Shown here: piece by piece, positions 49,716 through 58,364 of the stretch
Numbering within the stretch: position 1 is the stretch's first letter
How the letters are laid out: each line of letters opens with the position of its first letter
Origin: Euryarchaeota archaeon UBA462
Lineage (GTDB): Archaea > Thermoplasmatota > Poseidoniia > Poseidoniales > Thalassarchaeaceae
Length of the DNA stretch: 64,000 nucleotides
Assembly (NCBI GenBank): GCA_002506755.1
Contig: DAYD01000016.1
Span: 2,853 to 66,852, forward strand
Direction: 5' to 3'
The notes under the pieces: generated by a model
Told to the model about the DNA's origin: nothing
Databases searched by the model: none
The model's input: the letters and a program-made list of their open reading frames with translations, nothing else
Position numbers and translations under genes: made by a program

Positions 49716-49913
49716 ATGTCCGACTCTAACGATGGATGGATAATAACTGCTTATCGATTCTTTCAGGGATTGACTGCCGGTATAGGAGCCACAGTTGGCA
49801 TACCGATAATAGGCGATTACTTCTTCGGAACCTGGGGTTTCTTTTCTGGCGTTGTCATTGGTTTTTACGTCCTGTGGTGGATTCTTCGTAATTTGCGCGT
49901 AGTGAACTCTTAG
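49716..49913 (+). CDS. Small two-helix membrane protein
   Basis: 65 aa, Gly-rich hydrophobic hairpin GLTAGIGATVGIPIIG-D-YFFGTWGFFSGVVIG. Confidence 0.6.
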   Translation: MSDSNDGWIITAYRFFQGLTAGIGATVGIPIIGDYFFGTWGFFSGVVIGFYVLWWILRNLRVVNS

Positions 49914-49960
49914 CCTCGTTCCCTACCAATCTTTCAAGTCTGGCACCCCCACAGCTGGAT

Positions 49961-50056
49961 ATGGACATAAGGCCGATATTGAACTGGGGGAGGATAGTAA
50001 TAATCATCCTGTTAATTGGTCTCGTGGCCTATACTAGAACATCCATGCTAAGGTAG
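49961..50056 (+). CDS. 31-aa single-pass membrane microprotein
   Basis: Manual translation MDIRPILNWGRIVIIILLIGLVAYTRTSMLR; below the ORF-track cutoff; fills the gap before the archaellin-like gene. Confidence 0.4.
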   Translation: MDIRPILNWGRIVIIILLIGLVAYTRTSMLR

Positions 50057-50099
50057 GGCAATTAGGAAAGGTAATATCCCATTTCACCAGAGTAATGGT

Positions 50100-50951
50100 A
50101 TGGGCAATCGCCATTTTCAATCCGGTTCCATAGGAATTGGGGCGATGATTGTATTCATCGCACTGATTTTAGTTGCGGCAGTAGCCTCTACGATTGTGAT
50201 TTCAACAGTTGAGAAGCTGAATCAATCGTCAGAGAGTGCATCGGATGATGTCAAGAACCAACTTTCTACTAAAATGGAAATTGAGAGCCTAATACTCACT
50301 CAACCATCATGCAGTGCAGAATTATTCCAAGATGCCGGATTTGGTGGTGCATGGTCCACGGTCTTCACAACTGGCGATTATGACAATGATGCTTTCCTTG
50401 CTGCGGGTGCTGTCGATAACGACGCCTCATCAATAATCGTAGAAGAGGGTTGCAGGATAATCATGTACGAAGGAAACAATTTCGACGGAGCCTGGGAGGC
50501 GCATCTAGACGCAGGAAACCAAAACCTAGCCGAAATCCAAGCTGCAGGAGGAGCCAATGACCAAGTGTCTTCCATCAAAGTAAGAGGATTCGGAGTGATG
50601 GCTATTATGAAGCCTGGATCCGGATCTGGGGATATAATGGTTCAAGATATTACATGGTCAATATCATGCAGGAATGGTACAAAAGTAGACTTCGACTCAG
50701 AAAACATAGTAGAATCCGGCTCAAGGATGTTGGATGGTATGAACACCGAAGGAATAGATGCCGACTTTGTGCCCGGGGAATTCATTTCTTATGGCGATTA
50801 TATTCGTGTTCCAATGATTTGGATGAATTGCGCACCTGAGCTTGGGGATAGATTGGAGCTATACGTCCACGTCCAAAACGGTGACTCCCTGATGAAGCTA
50901 ATTAACGTTCAACATTTAGACAGAGGGAAAGATTTCCTATTTGACCCTTGA
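50100..50951 (+). CDS. Archaellin/type IV pilin-like protein with inserted beta/gamma-crystallin domain
   Basis: Class III signal-like G|SIGIGAMIVFIALILVAAVAS; two Greek-key units ending DNDASS and NDQVSS; archaellin-like KPGSGSGDI afterwards. Confidence 0.8.
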   Translation: MGNRHFQSGSIGIGAMIVFIALILVAAVASTIVISTVEKLNQSSESASDDVKNQLSTKMEIESLILTQPSCSAELFQDAGFGGAWSTVFTTGDYDNDAFLAAGAVDNDASSIIVEEGCRIIMYEGNNFDGAWEAHLDAGNQNLAEIQAAGGANDQVSSIKVRGFGVMAIMKPGSGSGDIMVQDITWSISCRNGTKVDFDSENIVESGSRMLDGMNTEGIDADFVPGEFISYGDYIRVPMIWMNCAPELGDRLELYVHVQNGDSLMKLINVQHLDRGKDFLFDP

Positions 50952-51728
50952 ATAATATTTTTTGATCGCCTCTATGTCAAACATAGAAACTGCAATATTA
51001 AGTGCTTGATCGGGTGCAAACCAACCTACTTCCTCAATTTCGTCTTCTTTTGGCGTTATCTCTTGCCCATTCAAGTCAGTTTCGCAAGTATAAGTGAAAG
51101 AAACCCAATTAATGCCCTGTTCATTGAAAATTGCCGTTTGAACATACGCGTGGTCATCCCCCTGAATAACTGTGCCAAGCTCCCCGAGTGGGTCCGGGAT
51201 GTCAATATCTACTCCAACTTCTTCAAATGCTTCTCTCTTCGCTGCCTCCCTAGGGTGTTCTGAATAATCCACAAAACCACCAGGCAATGTCCAACATCCG
51301 GTGAAGAAACCTCTGGACACCTTGGCCATCAGAATCTCTTCTTTTGAATTAGAGATTATCACCTTGCTGACTACTCTATGCAATGTGGTGTAAACTGACT
51401 CTCTAGCTACGGGATCTACACAACTATCGCTTATAACCCAGTCTTTCCAAGCCCAGTTTTGGGGCCAAGAAATTAATGGTGTGCCATATGTTATCACATG
51501 TTCCTTATCCATCAGATTAATCCTGTTCACTCTTTTTACTTCCCATTTTATCCCCAATGCACGGGCTTCTTCAGGACTTGGTAGCCTAAATATAGAGCCA
51601 TCTGGACAAAATTCCCTGCCCCTAACTGGTATTTGCGGGCCGTTCCCAAATTTATCAACAAGTAGAATTTTACCATCATGCTCTAGATGAAGATATTCAG
51701 TAGCCACGACACCTCTACTCCATGCCAT
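50937..51728 (-). CDS. NUDIX hydrolase with N-terminal extension
   Basis: WTLPGGFVDYSEHPREAAKREAFEEVG. Confidence 0.88.
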   Translation of the reverse strand: MAWSRGVVATEYLHLEHDGKILLVDKFGNGPQIPVRGREFCPDGSIFRLPSPEEARALGIKWEVKRVNRINLMDKEHVITYGTPLISWPQNWAWKDWVISDSCVDPVARESVYTTLHRVVSKVIISNSKEEILMAKVSRGFFTGCWTLPGGFVDYSEHPREAAKREAFEEVGVDIDIPDPLGELGTVIQGDDHAYVQTAIFNEQGINWVSFTYTCETDLNGQEITPKEDEIEEVGWFAPDQALNIAVSMFDIEAIKKYYSRVK

Positions 51729-51741
51729 TAATCGCCTTGGC

Positions 51742-52680
51742 CTAATATCCTAAAATTGAGCTTAATTGCTCCTTGTAGAATGTTCCAGATCGTTGAAGAC
51801 TTTCCAACTCCATTTCCTCCAATTCAAGCTCTAGAATCCTATCAACACCATTGCTGTCAAGCACTACTGGAACTCCAATGTATATGTCTTTCATCCCATA
51901 TTGTCCAGTTAAGTAAGCACTACAAGGAAGTACTCTCTTTCTGCCATCCAAAATTGACTCGGCCATAATCGCTGCCGCACTGCCCGGGGCATAGAATGCA
52001 CTACCCTTCTCAAGTAATTTCACGATCTCTCCACCACCTCCAGCAGTTCTTTCGCATATTGATTGTATTTCCTTTTCCGTAAGAAGTTGTCTGATTGGGA
52101 TTCCGTTGACCGTTGTGTAATTGGGTAAGGGGACCATAGTATCCCCATGACCCCCAAGAACCATAGCCTGCACATCTTCATTGCTGCATCCGACGGCTTC
52201 TGCAATGAAATGTGTCATTCTCGCACTATCGAGTATGCCAGCCTGACCAACTATTCGCCCATGATCGAAACCCGTAATCTTCTGCATATGATAGGTCATC
52301 AGATCCAACGGATTCGTGACCATAACCACAACAGAATCGGGCGCATGATCCTTGATTCCATTACCTACCTGTGTGATAATATCAGCATTTTTGCCAATTA
52401 AGTCCTCTCTGGTCATTCCGGGTTGTCGGGGGAAACCAGATGTGACTACAACTACATCAGAGTCAGCAATATCCGCATAGTCTTTGGTACCAGTGACACG
52501 ACCATCATAATTGAGTACTCTGCCACCTTGGCTCATATCCAGAGCCTTTCCTTTAGCAAACCCCTCAAATATGTCTAGTAGGACTATCTCCCCCACCTTT
52601 CGCTCAGCTAGAACAAAGGCGCATGTAGCTCCTACGTTCCCTGCACCGATTACCGCAACTTTCCTTGCTCCATTTACCAT
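51742..52680 (-). CDS. mdh: Malate dehydrogenase (LDH-like)
   Basis: GAGNVG, GKALD, GFPRQPGMTREDL (Arg specificity residue), VTNPLD, LDSAR, GGHGD. Start placed at MVNG. Confidence 0.93.
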   Translation of the reverse strand: MVNGARKVAVIGAGNVGATCAFVLAERKVGEIVLLDIFEGFAKGKALDMSQGGRVLNYDGRVTGTKDYADIADSDVVVVTSGFPRQPGMTREDLIGKNADIITQVGNGIKDHAPDSVVVMVTNPLDLMTYHMQKITGFDHGRIVGQAGILDSARMTHFIAEAVGCSNEDVQAMVLGGHGDTMVPLPNYTTVNGIPIRQLLTEKEIQSICERTAGGGGEIVKLLEKGSAFYAPGSAAAIMAESILDGRKRVLPCSAYLTGQYGMKDIYIGVPVVLDSNGVDRILELELEEMELESLQRSGTFYKEQLSSILGY

Positions 52681-52768
52681 ACCTTTCGCAACACATACCC
52701 GTCTTAGCACTTTGCGGGCAACTGCGTCCGGCGGGGTAAATATATGTCCCACTTTTTACGGACTATGG

Positions 52769-53455
52769 ATGGGTAAAGCAAAAGGTGCAATTTTACCGTT
52801 GATCTTAGTATCATTCGTGCCATCAATATCAATTTTGTTCACATTGAAATTTAATACGGATCCAATAATTTCCCAGACATTTTTCATAGTCTGTAAGATT
52901 TGGTTATTGTTTGTACCTGCATATTGGTATCTCAAGATTGAAGGGAATACCTACGCAAAATCATTGCCTCAAAAAGAAGGAATTACCATGGCGTTGATTA
53001 CAGGTTTTTTAATGTCAGTAATCATACTCTTTTCCTGGTTCTTGTTCGAGGATACCATAGATACGGACTCAATGATTGCTCGATTGGAATCGACGGGACT
53101 TACAGATATTCACATATATCTTGCAGCGATGTTATACTGGATCTTCCTCAATAGCCTCCTCGAGGAATATTTATTCAGATGGTTTGTGACAACTAAGGCT
53201 ATAGATCTCGTCGGAAACGAAATTAGGGGAATTTTCCTTTCAGCATCGCTATTTACCCTACATCATGCGATTGCCCTACACCTTTATGGATTTGTTTGGT
53301 GGCAAACACTGATCGCATGCTTCGGTCTAATTTCAGCTGCGGGGATATGGTCTTGGCTTTATGTGAAGTATAGGTCAATCTTGGTGTGTTGGATATCTCA
53401 TGCAATTTGCGACGTTGTTGTATTTGGTTTGGGATATTTCATAATTTTCACATAA
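52769..53455 (+). CDS. CPBP (CAAX protease-like) intramembrane metalloprotease
   Basis: EEYLFR, FTLHH, HAICD motifs; multiple TM helices. Start placed at MGKAK. Confidence 0.88.
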   Translation: MGKAKGAILPLILVSFVPSISILFTLKFNTDPIISQTFFIVCKIWLLFVPAYWYLKIEGNTYAKSLPQKEGITMALITGFLMSVIILFSWFLFEDTIDTDSMIARLESTGLTDIHIYLAAMLYWIFLNSLLEEYLFRWFVTTKAIDLVGNEIRGIFLSASLFTLHHAIALHLYGFVWWQTLIACFGLISAAGIWSWLYVKYRSILVCWISHAICDVVVFGLGYFIIFT

Positions 53456-53537
53456 ATCATTTGAAGCCGTCGAGCCGACGGTTTCAATAATGGCATTCAT
53501 TTGGACTAAATGTACATAAATGTTGGAGTGAAAAATT

Positions 53538-54701
53538 GTGCGAATAGGTGTGCTAAAAGAACCCACTATTGAGAATAGAGTTTCTTTGGTTCCGGAATCC
53601 GTTAAGAAACTCCAAAAAGTTGGATTCGAGGTAGTCGTTGAATCTGATGCAGGATTAAATTCCCACAATAGTGACGATGATTATCTGAAAGCAGGTGCTT
53701 CGGTTTCTACAAGATCAGAAGCAATGTCGTGTGAAGTTGTAATTTGCATCTCTCCCCCTGATGTCTCAAAAATGGATGCTGGTCAAGTACTAGTATGCGT
53801 AGCAGACCCTTTCAGAAATCCTGACAATGTCAGAGTTGCTGCTTCTAAGCAAATTACCCTGATGAGTATGGACATGATCCCTAGAAGACTTTCACGAGCT
53901 CAGGCTATGGATGTAAATTCTAGCCAAGATAATCTCGCGGGATACAAAGCAGTACTAATTGGCGCTGCTCATGTCCCGAGGGGAATTCCTATGATGACGA
54001 CCAGTGCTGGAACAGTTCGTCCATGTAAGTTTGTAATTATGGGGTCGGGGGTTGCCGGACTTCAGGCCATTGCAACAGCAAAAAGACTGGGGGCAATTGT
54101 TTATGCCTCGGATGTAAGAAAATCTGCCGCTGAACAAATCGAATCTGTTGGTGGCAGGTTCATTGAGGTCGATGGGATGGATGACTTTGAGGATGAGTCG
54201 GGTTATGCAAAACCACTTACTCCTGAATTTATACAAAAGGTCAATGACACTGTTTGTGAAGTTGCATCAGATGCTGACGTTATAGTGACTACCGCTAGGA
54301 TTTTCGGCAGGCCAGCACCAATTACTGTCCCCTCTACCGCAATTGCTACCTTCAAGGCAGGATCGGTTGTAGTGGATATGAATGCGGACGTAGGCGGAAA
54401 CTGTGAAATCACGAGGCCCGGAGAGGTCTACACGACAGATAATGGTGTGACAATAGTTGGCACCACTAATTTACCGGGGGAGCTTGCATCAACCGCTAGT
54501 ATGCTTTATTCGAACAATATGACCACATTCGTATCCACGTTAGTACGGGAAGGGGAGCTATTCATTGACCTAGAAGACGAAGTTTTGGTCGGGGCTTCGG
54601 AGGGCAGCGAGTTCTATGTTATGGGAATGGGGGGCGTATTACTATGTCATGATGGCAATATTCATGATAATCAAACCCGACTGATGGAGGTTTTCAAATG
54701 A
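53538..54701 (+). CDS. pntA: NAD(P) transhydrogenase alpha subunit, dI domain
   Basis: ENRVSLVP, RAQAMDV, AGYKAV, TSAGT, GSGVAGLQAI, GYAK, GGNCE. Confidence 0.95.
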   Translation: MRIGVLKEPTIENRVSLVPESVKKLQKVGFEVVVESDAGLNSHNSDDDYLKAGASVSTRSEAMSCEVVICISPPDVSKMDAGQVLVCVADPFRNPDNVRVAASKQITLMSMDMIPRRLSRAQAMDVNSSQDNLAGYKAVLIGAAHVPRGIPMMTTSAGTVRPCKFVIMGSGVAGLQAIATAKRLGAIVYASDVRKSAAEQIESVGGRFIEVDGMDDFEDESGYAKPLTPEFIQKVNDTVCEVASDADVIVTTARIFGRPAPITVPSTAIATFKAGSVVVDMNADVGGNCEITRPGEVYTTDNGVTIVGTTNLPGELASTASMLYSNNMTTFVSTLVREGELFIDLEDEVLVGASEGSEFYVMGMGGVLLCHDGNIHDNQTRLMEVFK

Positions 54702-55009
54702 CACTAACATTAGCCGCCTTAGTAGCTAGCATAACTGTATTTGTATTGGCAATATTCCTAGGCTTCGAATTAATTAGTAAGGTGCCACCAACACTACACA
54801 CACCTCTAATGTCTGGTGCAAATGCAATATCTGGAATCACAATAGTGGGTGCGTTGATCCTTTCCAATAGCGAATTCAATAACGGTAATCCCGGTATTGC
54901 TGCTTGGCTCGCATTTCTTGCCTTAATTATGGCTACGATCAACGTAGTTGGAGGATTCATGGTGACCAACAGAATGTTAGAGATGATCGCTGGTAAAAAA
55001 AGGAAGTGA
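54698..55009 (+). CDS. NAD(P) transhydrogenase alpha subunit, membrane part (PntAb)
   Basis: VPPTLHTPLMSGANAISGI, NVVGGFMVTNRML. Confidence 0.95.
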   Translation: MTLTLAALVASITVFVLAIFLGFELISKVPPTLHTPLMSGANAISGITIVGALILSNSEFNNGNPGIAAWLAFLALIMATINVVGGFMVTNRMLEMIAGKKRK

Positions 55010-55013
55010 TATC

Positions 55014-56462
55014 GTGGTTGATTCAGTAGTATGGGATATTGGATATCTTGTATCCGCAGCGCTATTCATCCTCGGCATAAAGAGGCTATCAAGCCCCAAG
55101 ACGGCCCCACAAGGAAATCGGCTCGGAGCATACGGGATGTTCCTAGCCGTGGCGGTCACCATGGCTAAACTTTACAATGAAGGAATTATTGGTCTAGAGC
55201 TAATTTTTGGTGGACTTGTAATAGGTTCTGTAATTGGAATTCTAATGGCGACTAGGGTTGAAATGACGGGAATGCCAGAATTGGTTGCCCTATTCAACGG
55301 TTTTGGAGGGGGTGCGTCTGCACTCGTTGCACTATCTGAAGTCCTCAAGCGTATAGAGACCAATGAAATCCCGTTAGAAGGTACTGTTGAATTATATGCT
55401 ACATGGATAGCAATTGGGCTTTCTGGTCTGGTTGGATGGCTAACACTTACTGGAAGCCTTATGGCAATGGGCAAACTTAGGGGCGGATTTTACATACCAT
55501 TCACAAAAAAGGATGATAGAGGTAGAAGTAAATGGGTAAGCTTCCCTACTTGGGGGCCACCTTGGCTGAATTCTGTCAAGTCCATCCTACTAATAGCTGG
55601 AATTTCACTAATCTGGCTAAGTATCAATGACCCAACTAACAAGGACTTCGTTTACGCACTTGTTGCGACCTCTTCGATATTGGGGATATTGTTCGTAATA
55701 CCGATAGGTGGAGCAGACATGCCGGTTGTTGTAAGTTTACTAAATTCGATGTCTGGGATTGCGGCGGCATTCACTGGTTTTGTTATTGGGAATAATGTTC
55801 TCATCATTGCAGGCTCTATGGTCGGCGCTGCTGGCCTTATTTTGACATTCATAATGTGCAAAGCGATGAACCGAACATTGACCGCCGTTTTATTCAAATC
55901 GTTTGGAGGTGGTGGGAAGGAATCGGTCACTAGGACCAAGGTAGGTAGTGATCCCGAGGAAGTCGCAATGGTATGTGATGGTATAAGCAAATGCGTGATA
56001 ATTCCTGGTTATGGTATGGCAGTTAGCCAGGCCCAACACGCCGTGAAAGAGTTCGCTGATCTGCTTGAATCAGAAGGAGTGGAAGTGAAGTATGGGATAC
56101 ATCCGGTAGCAGGAAGGATGCCGGGTCATATGAATGTGTTATTGGCTGAAGCCAATGTTCCATATGAACAATTGATCGAAATGGATGACATAAACTCAGA
56201 GCTCCCAGAAACAGATGTAGCGTTAGTGATCGGGGCGAATGATACTGTAAATCCTGTAGCCAGAACTGGCGACGGACCATTAGGTGGCATGCCAATCATA
56301 GACGCCGACAAAGCTCGAGTTGTAGTCATAATCAAGAGAAGCCTTTCAGTGGGATATGCAGGAGTAGATAACGACCTCTTTTACGAAAATAAAACCATGA
56401 TGCTATTCGGTGATGGCAAGAAAATGATGAATGAGCTTAACGCCGCCATCAAGGAATTGTGA
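55014..56462 (+). CDS. pntB: NAD(P) transhydrogenase beta subunit
   Basis: MPELVALFNG, IGGADMPVV, PGYGMAV, HPVAGRMPGHMNVLLAE, IGAND, KRSL..GYAG. Confidence 0.96.
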   Translation: MVDSVVWDIGYLVSAALFILGIKRLSSPKTAPQGNRLGAYGMFLAVAVTMAKLYNEGIIGLELIFGGLVIGSVIGILMATRVEMTGMPELVALFNGFGGGASALVALSEVLKRIETNEIPLEGTVELYATWIAIGLSGLVGWLTLTGSLMAMGKLRGGFYIPFTKKDDRGRSKWVSFPTWGPPWLNSVKSILLIAGISLIWLSINDPTNKDFVYALVATSSILGILFVIPIGGADMPVVVSLLNSMSGIAAAFTGFVIGNNVLIIAGSMVGAAGLILTFIMCKAMNRTLTAVLFKSFGGGGKESVTRTKVGSDPEEVAMVCDGISKCVIIPGYGMAVSQAQHAVKEFADLLESEGVEVKYGIHPVAGRMPGHMNVLLAEANVPYEQLIEMDDINSELPETDVALVIGANDTVNPVARTGDGPLGGMPIIDADKARVVVIIKRSLSVGYAGVDNDLFYENKTMMLFGDGKKMMNELNAAIKEL

Positions 56463-56520
56463 GGAGTATTACCCCCAATTGTTATTTGACACCTTCAACC
56501 GAGTATGTATTGGTGGTATT

Positions 56521-57543
56521 GTGCGAGTCGGCATCCTGAGGTTAACTACATGCCTCATATTGGTTGTTGCTATATCTTTGCCAGCTTTTGGAATGAGCAA
56601 CGGGCCGGGAGCGGTTAATTCAGACGGAGACCTTACTGTGAAGTATGGATGCTCATGCCATAACAACGGTGCCCCCTCTGATAGGGCGGTAGTAATGGTG
56701 ACAGGAGTACCCCTAGTTTACGAGCAATCACAACAATACCAGATGACAGTCAAAGTAGCGGATTCATTGACTCTCTCTGGAGGTGAAGGTAATGTTCAAG
56801 CTGGGTTCCTAATGTCCACAGATGGTATTGGCAATTTCTCATGGGATGAATCTGAAGACATTCGTTATGCAGACGGAAGGCCAGACGACATATCACATTC
56901 CGAACCCGATTTGGATGGGATCTGGATAGTCAATTGGCAGGCACCGAGTGAGGATGTCGGCCCAATTCAATTCTGGCTTGTTGGCAATTCCGTTGATGGT
57001 GGCGGAATACCAGATGATATGGATTACTGGAACATACTATCCTTTTCTATATTCCCTAAAGATACCGTGACTACTACAGAATCCGGGGCAACACTCGAAA
57101 CCAGAACTGTCTCAGTTGGGACATATGACTCACTATTCTTATTGGAAATCTCAGATGAACAACTTGAGAAAGAACGTCAAGATGAGATCTCTCAGAGAGT
57201 TTTCTCACAAGGTAATCTGTTTTATTGGACAAGTCTTGTAGCTCTAATAGTAGGTGCTGTTCTACAGAAGGAAATCCTAGAGAGGAAATATGATGATGGA
57301 CCGGAGTATTTGGCTTTGGAGTTAGCATATCCCGAAGCTTTCAGGAGGGCTGCTGGTTCGGTGATAGCTTTCTACTTTGGAGTTAGATGGGGCTCCTCTG
57401 ACTCTCCCATAGTTTTCCAAGACGTCGATTTTACTGAATTCTTAGTCGGAACGGCGTTTTTCATCAGTGCTTGGGCGGGATATGGGGTTTACAGGACTAT
57501 TTTGGCTGCTAGAAGCAACCCAGAAGTCAAGGACTTGATGTAA
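56521..57543 (+). CDS. Secreted Reeler-like domain protein with CxCH motif and C-terminal TM helices
   Basis: Signal peptide, GCSCH, AGFLM...HS...WQAP..DVG.I.F..VGNSVDG (Reeler/choice-of-anchor V-like pattern), 3 TM helices. Start placed at GTG 56521. Confidence 0.6.
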   Translation: MRVGILRLTTCLILVVAISLPAFGMSNGPGAVNSDGDLTVKYGCSCHNNGAPSDRAVVMVTGVPLVYEQSQQYQMTVKVADSLTLSGGEGNVQAGFLMSTDGIGNFSWDESEDIRYADGRPDDISHSEPDLDGIWIVNWQAPSEDVGPIQFWLVGNSVDGGGIPDDMDYWNILSFSIFPKDTVTTTESGATLETRTVSVGTYDSLFLLEISDEQLEKERQDEISQRVFSQGNLFYWTSLVALIVGAVLQKEILERKYDDGPEYLALELAYPEAFRRAAGSVIAFYFGVRWGSSDSPIVFQDVDFTEFLVGTAFFISAWAGYGVYRTILAARSNPEVKDLM

Positions 57544-57545
57544 GT

Positions 57546-58310
57546 ATGGAAGAGCAGGCACCAGAAACCACAAACCTACACCATCACCTTACTGAAGGAC
57601 ACGATTTGCTCAAAGTAAATGCTATTGCATTTTCGATCTTGTGCTTGTTTTGGTCCTACTTTACTTCCGATATGATTGAAACATGGCTTAGTCACATTAC
57701 AATTGCAACTGGCCCCAATAATGAGAACCTATCGATATATTCGCCATTTGAATGGGTTATGATGAGATGGGAGATCGTACTACTGTTTTCGTTGATATCA
57801 TTAATGCCCTTATCATCTATCCTGATATACAGATTTGCTAAACCGGGCCTATATCCACGTGAGAGAACCTATTTGGTTTCAGTCCTATTCTTGACAACAA
57901 CATTAGTCCCAGTAATGATTCTGATTATCTGGATTTATGGAATACCATATATTTTTGATTTAGCTACCGAATTCAACTCTTCGATAGGCGTTGGCGAAAA
58001 ATACGATGCTGCTTCTATTTTTTCCATCGGTATTGGTATCACATGGGTATTATTGGTTTGGGCAATAACGATACTTATTCTAAGCCTTTCAAGAGTCTTT
58101 GGACTAGTAGAAAACGGGAACTCAAGGTTTAGATTAAGAATAGTAGCGATATCAGCTAGCCTCTTAGTTCTAACACTTCCAGTTGAATATGATGGCCTAA
58201 AGCTTGTTATTTCGATAATCGTATCTGCCCTGGCTGATGGAATTTCCAGAATGGTTCCAGTAGCAATGCCCCAGTGGACAGAACATCAGCATAGTGATAC
58301 ATCAGTATAG
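57546..58310 (+). CDS. TatC-like membrane protein (divergent)
   Basis: SIYSPFEW...IYRFAKPGLYPRER matches the TatC PGLY..E loop; about 6 TM helices. Confidence 0.7.
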   Translation: MEEQAPETTNLHHHLTEGHDLLKVNAIAFSILCLFWSYFTSDMIETWLSHITIATGPNNENLSIYSPFEWVMMRWEIVLLFSLISLMPLSSILIYRFAKPGLYPRERTYLVSVLFLTTTLVPVMILIIWIYGIPYIFDLATEFNSSIGVGEKYDAASIFSIGIGITWVLLVWAITILILSLSRVFGLVENGNSRFRLRIVAISASLLVLTLPVEYDGLKLVISIIVSALADGISRMVPVAMPQWTEHQHSDTSV

Positions 58311-58364
58311 CAGTATGGCACTGGATTCAAATCTGGCAGTGGGGACCATTAGTCTGGTGATCTG

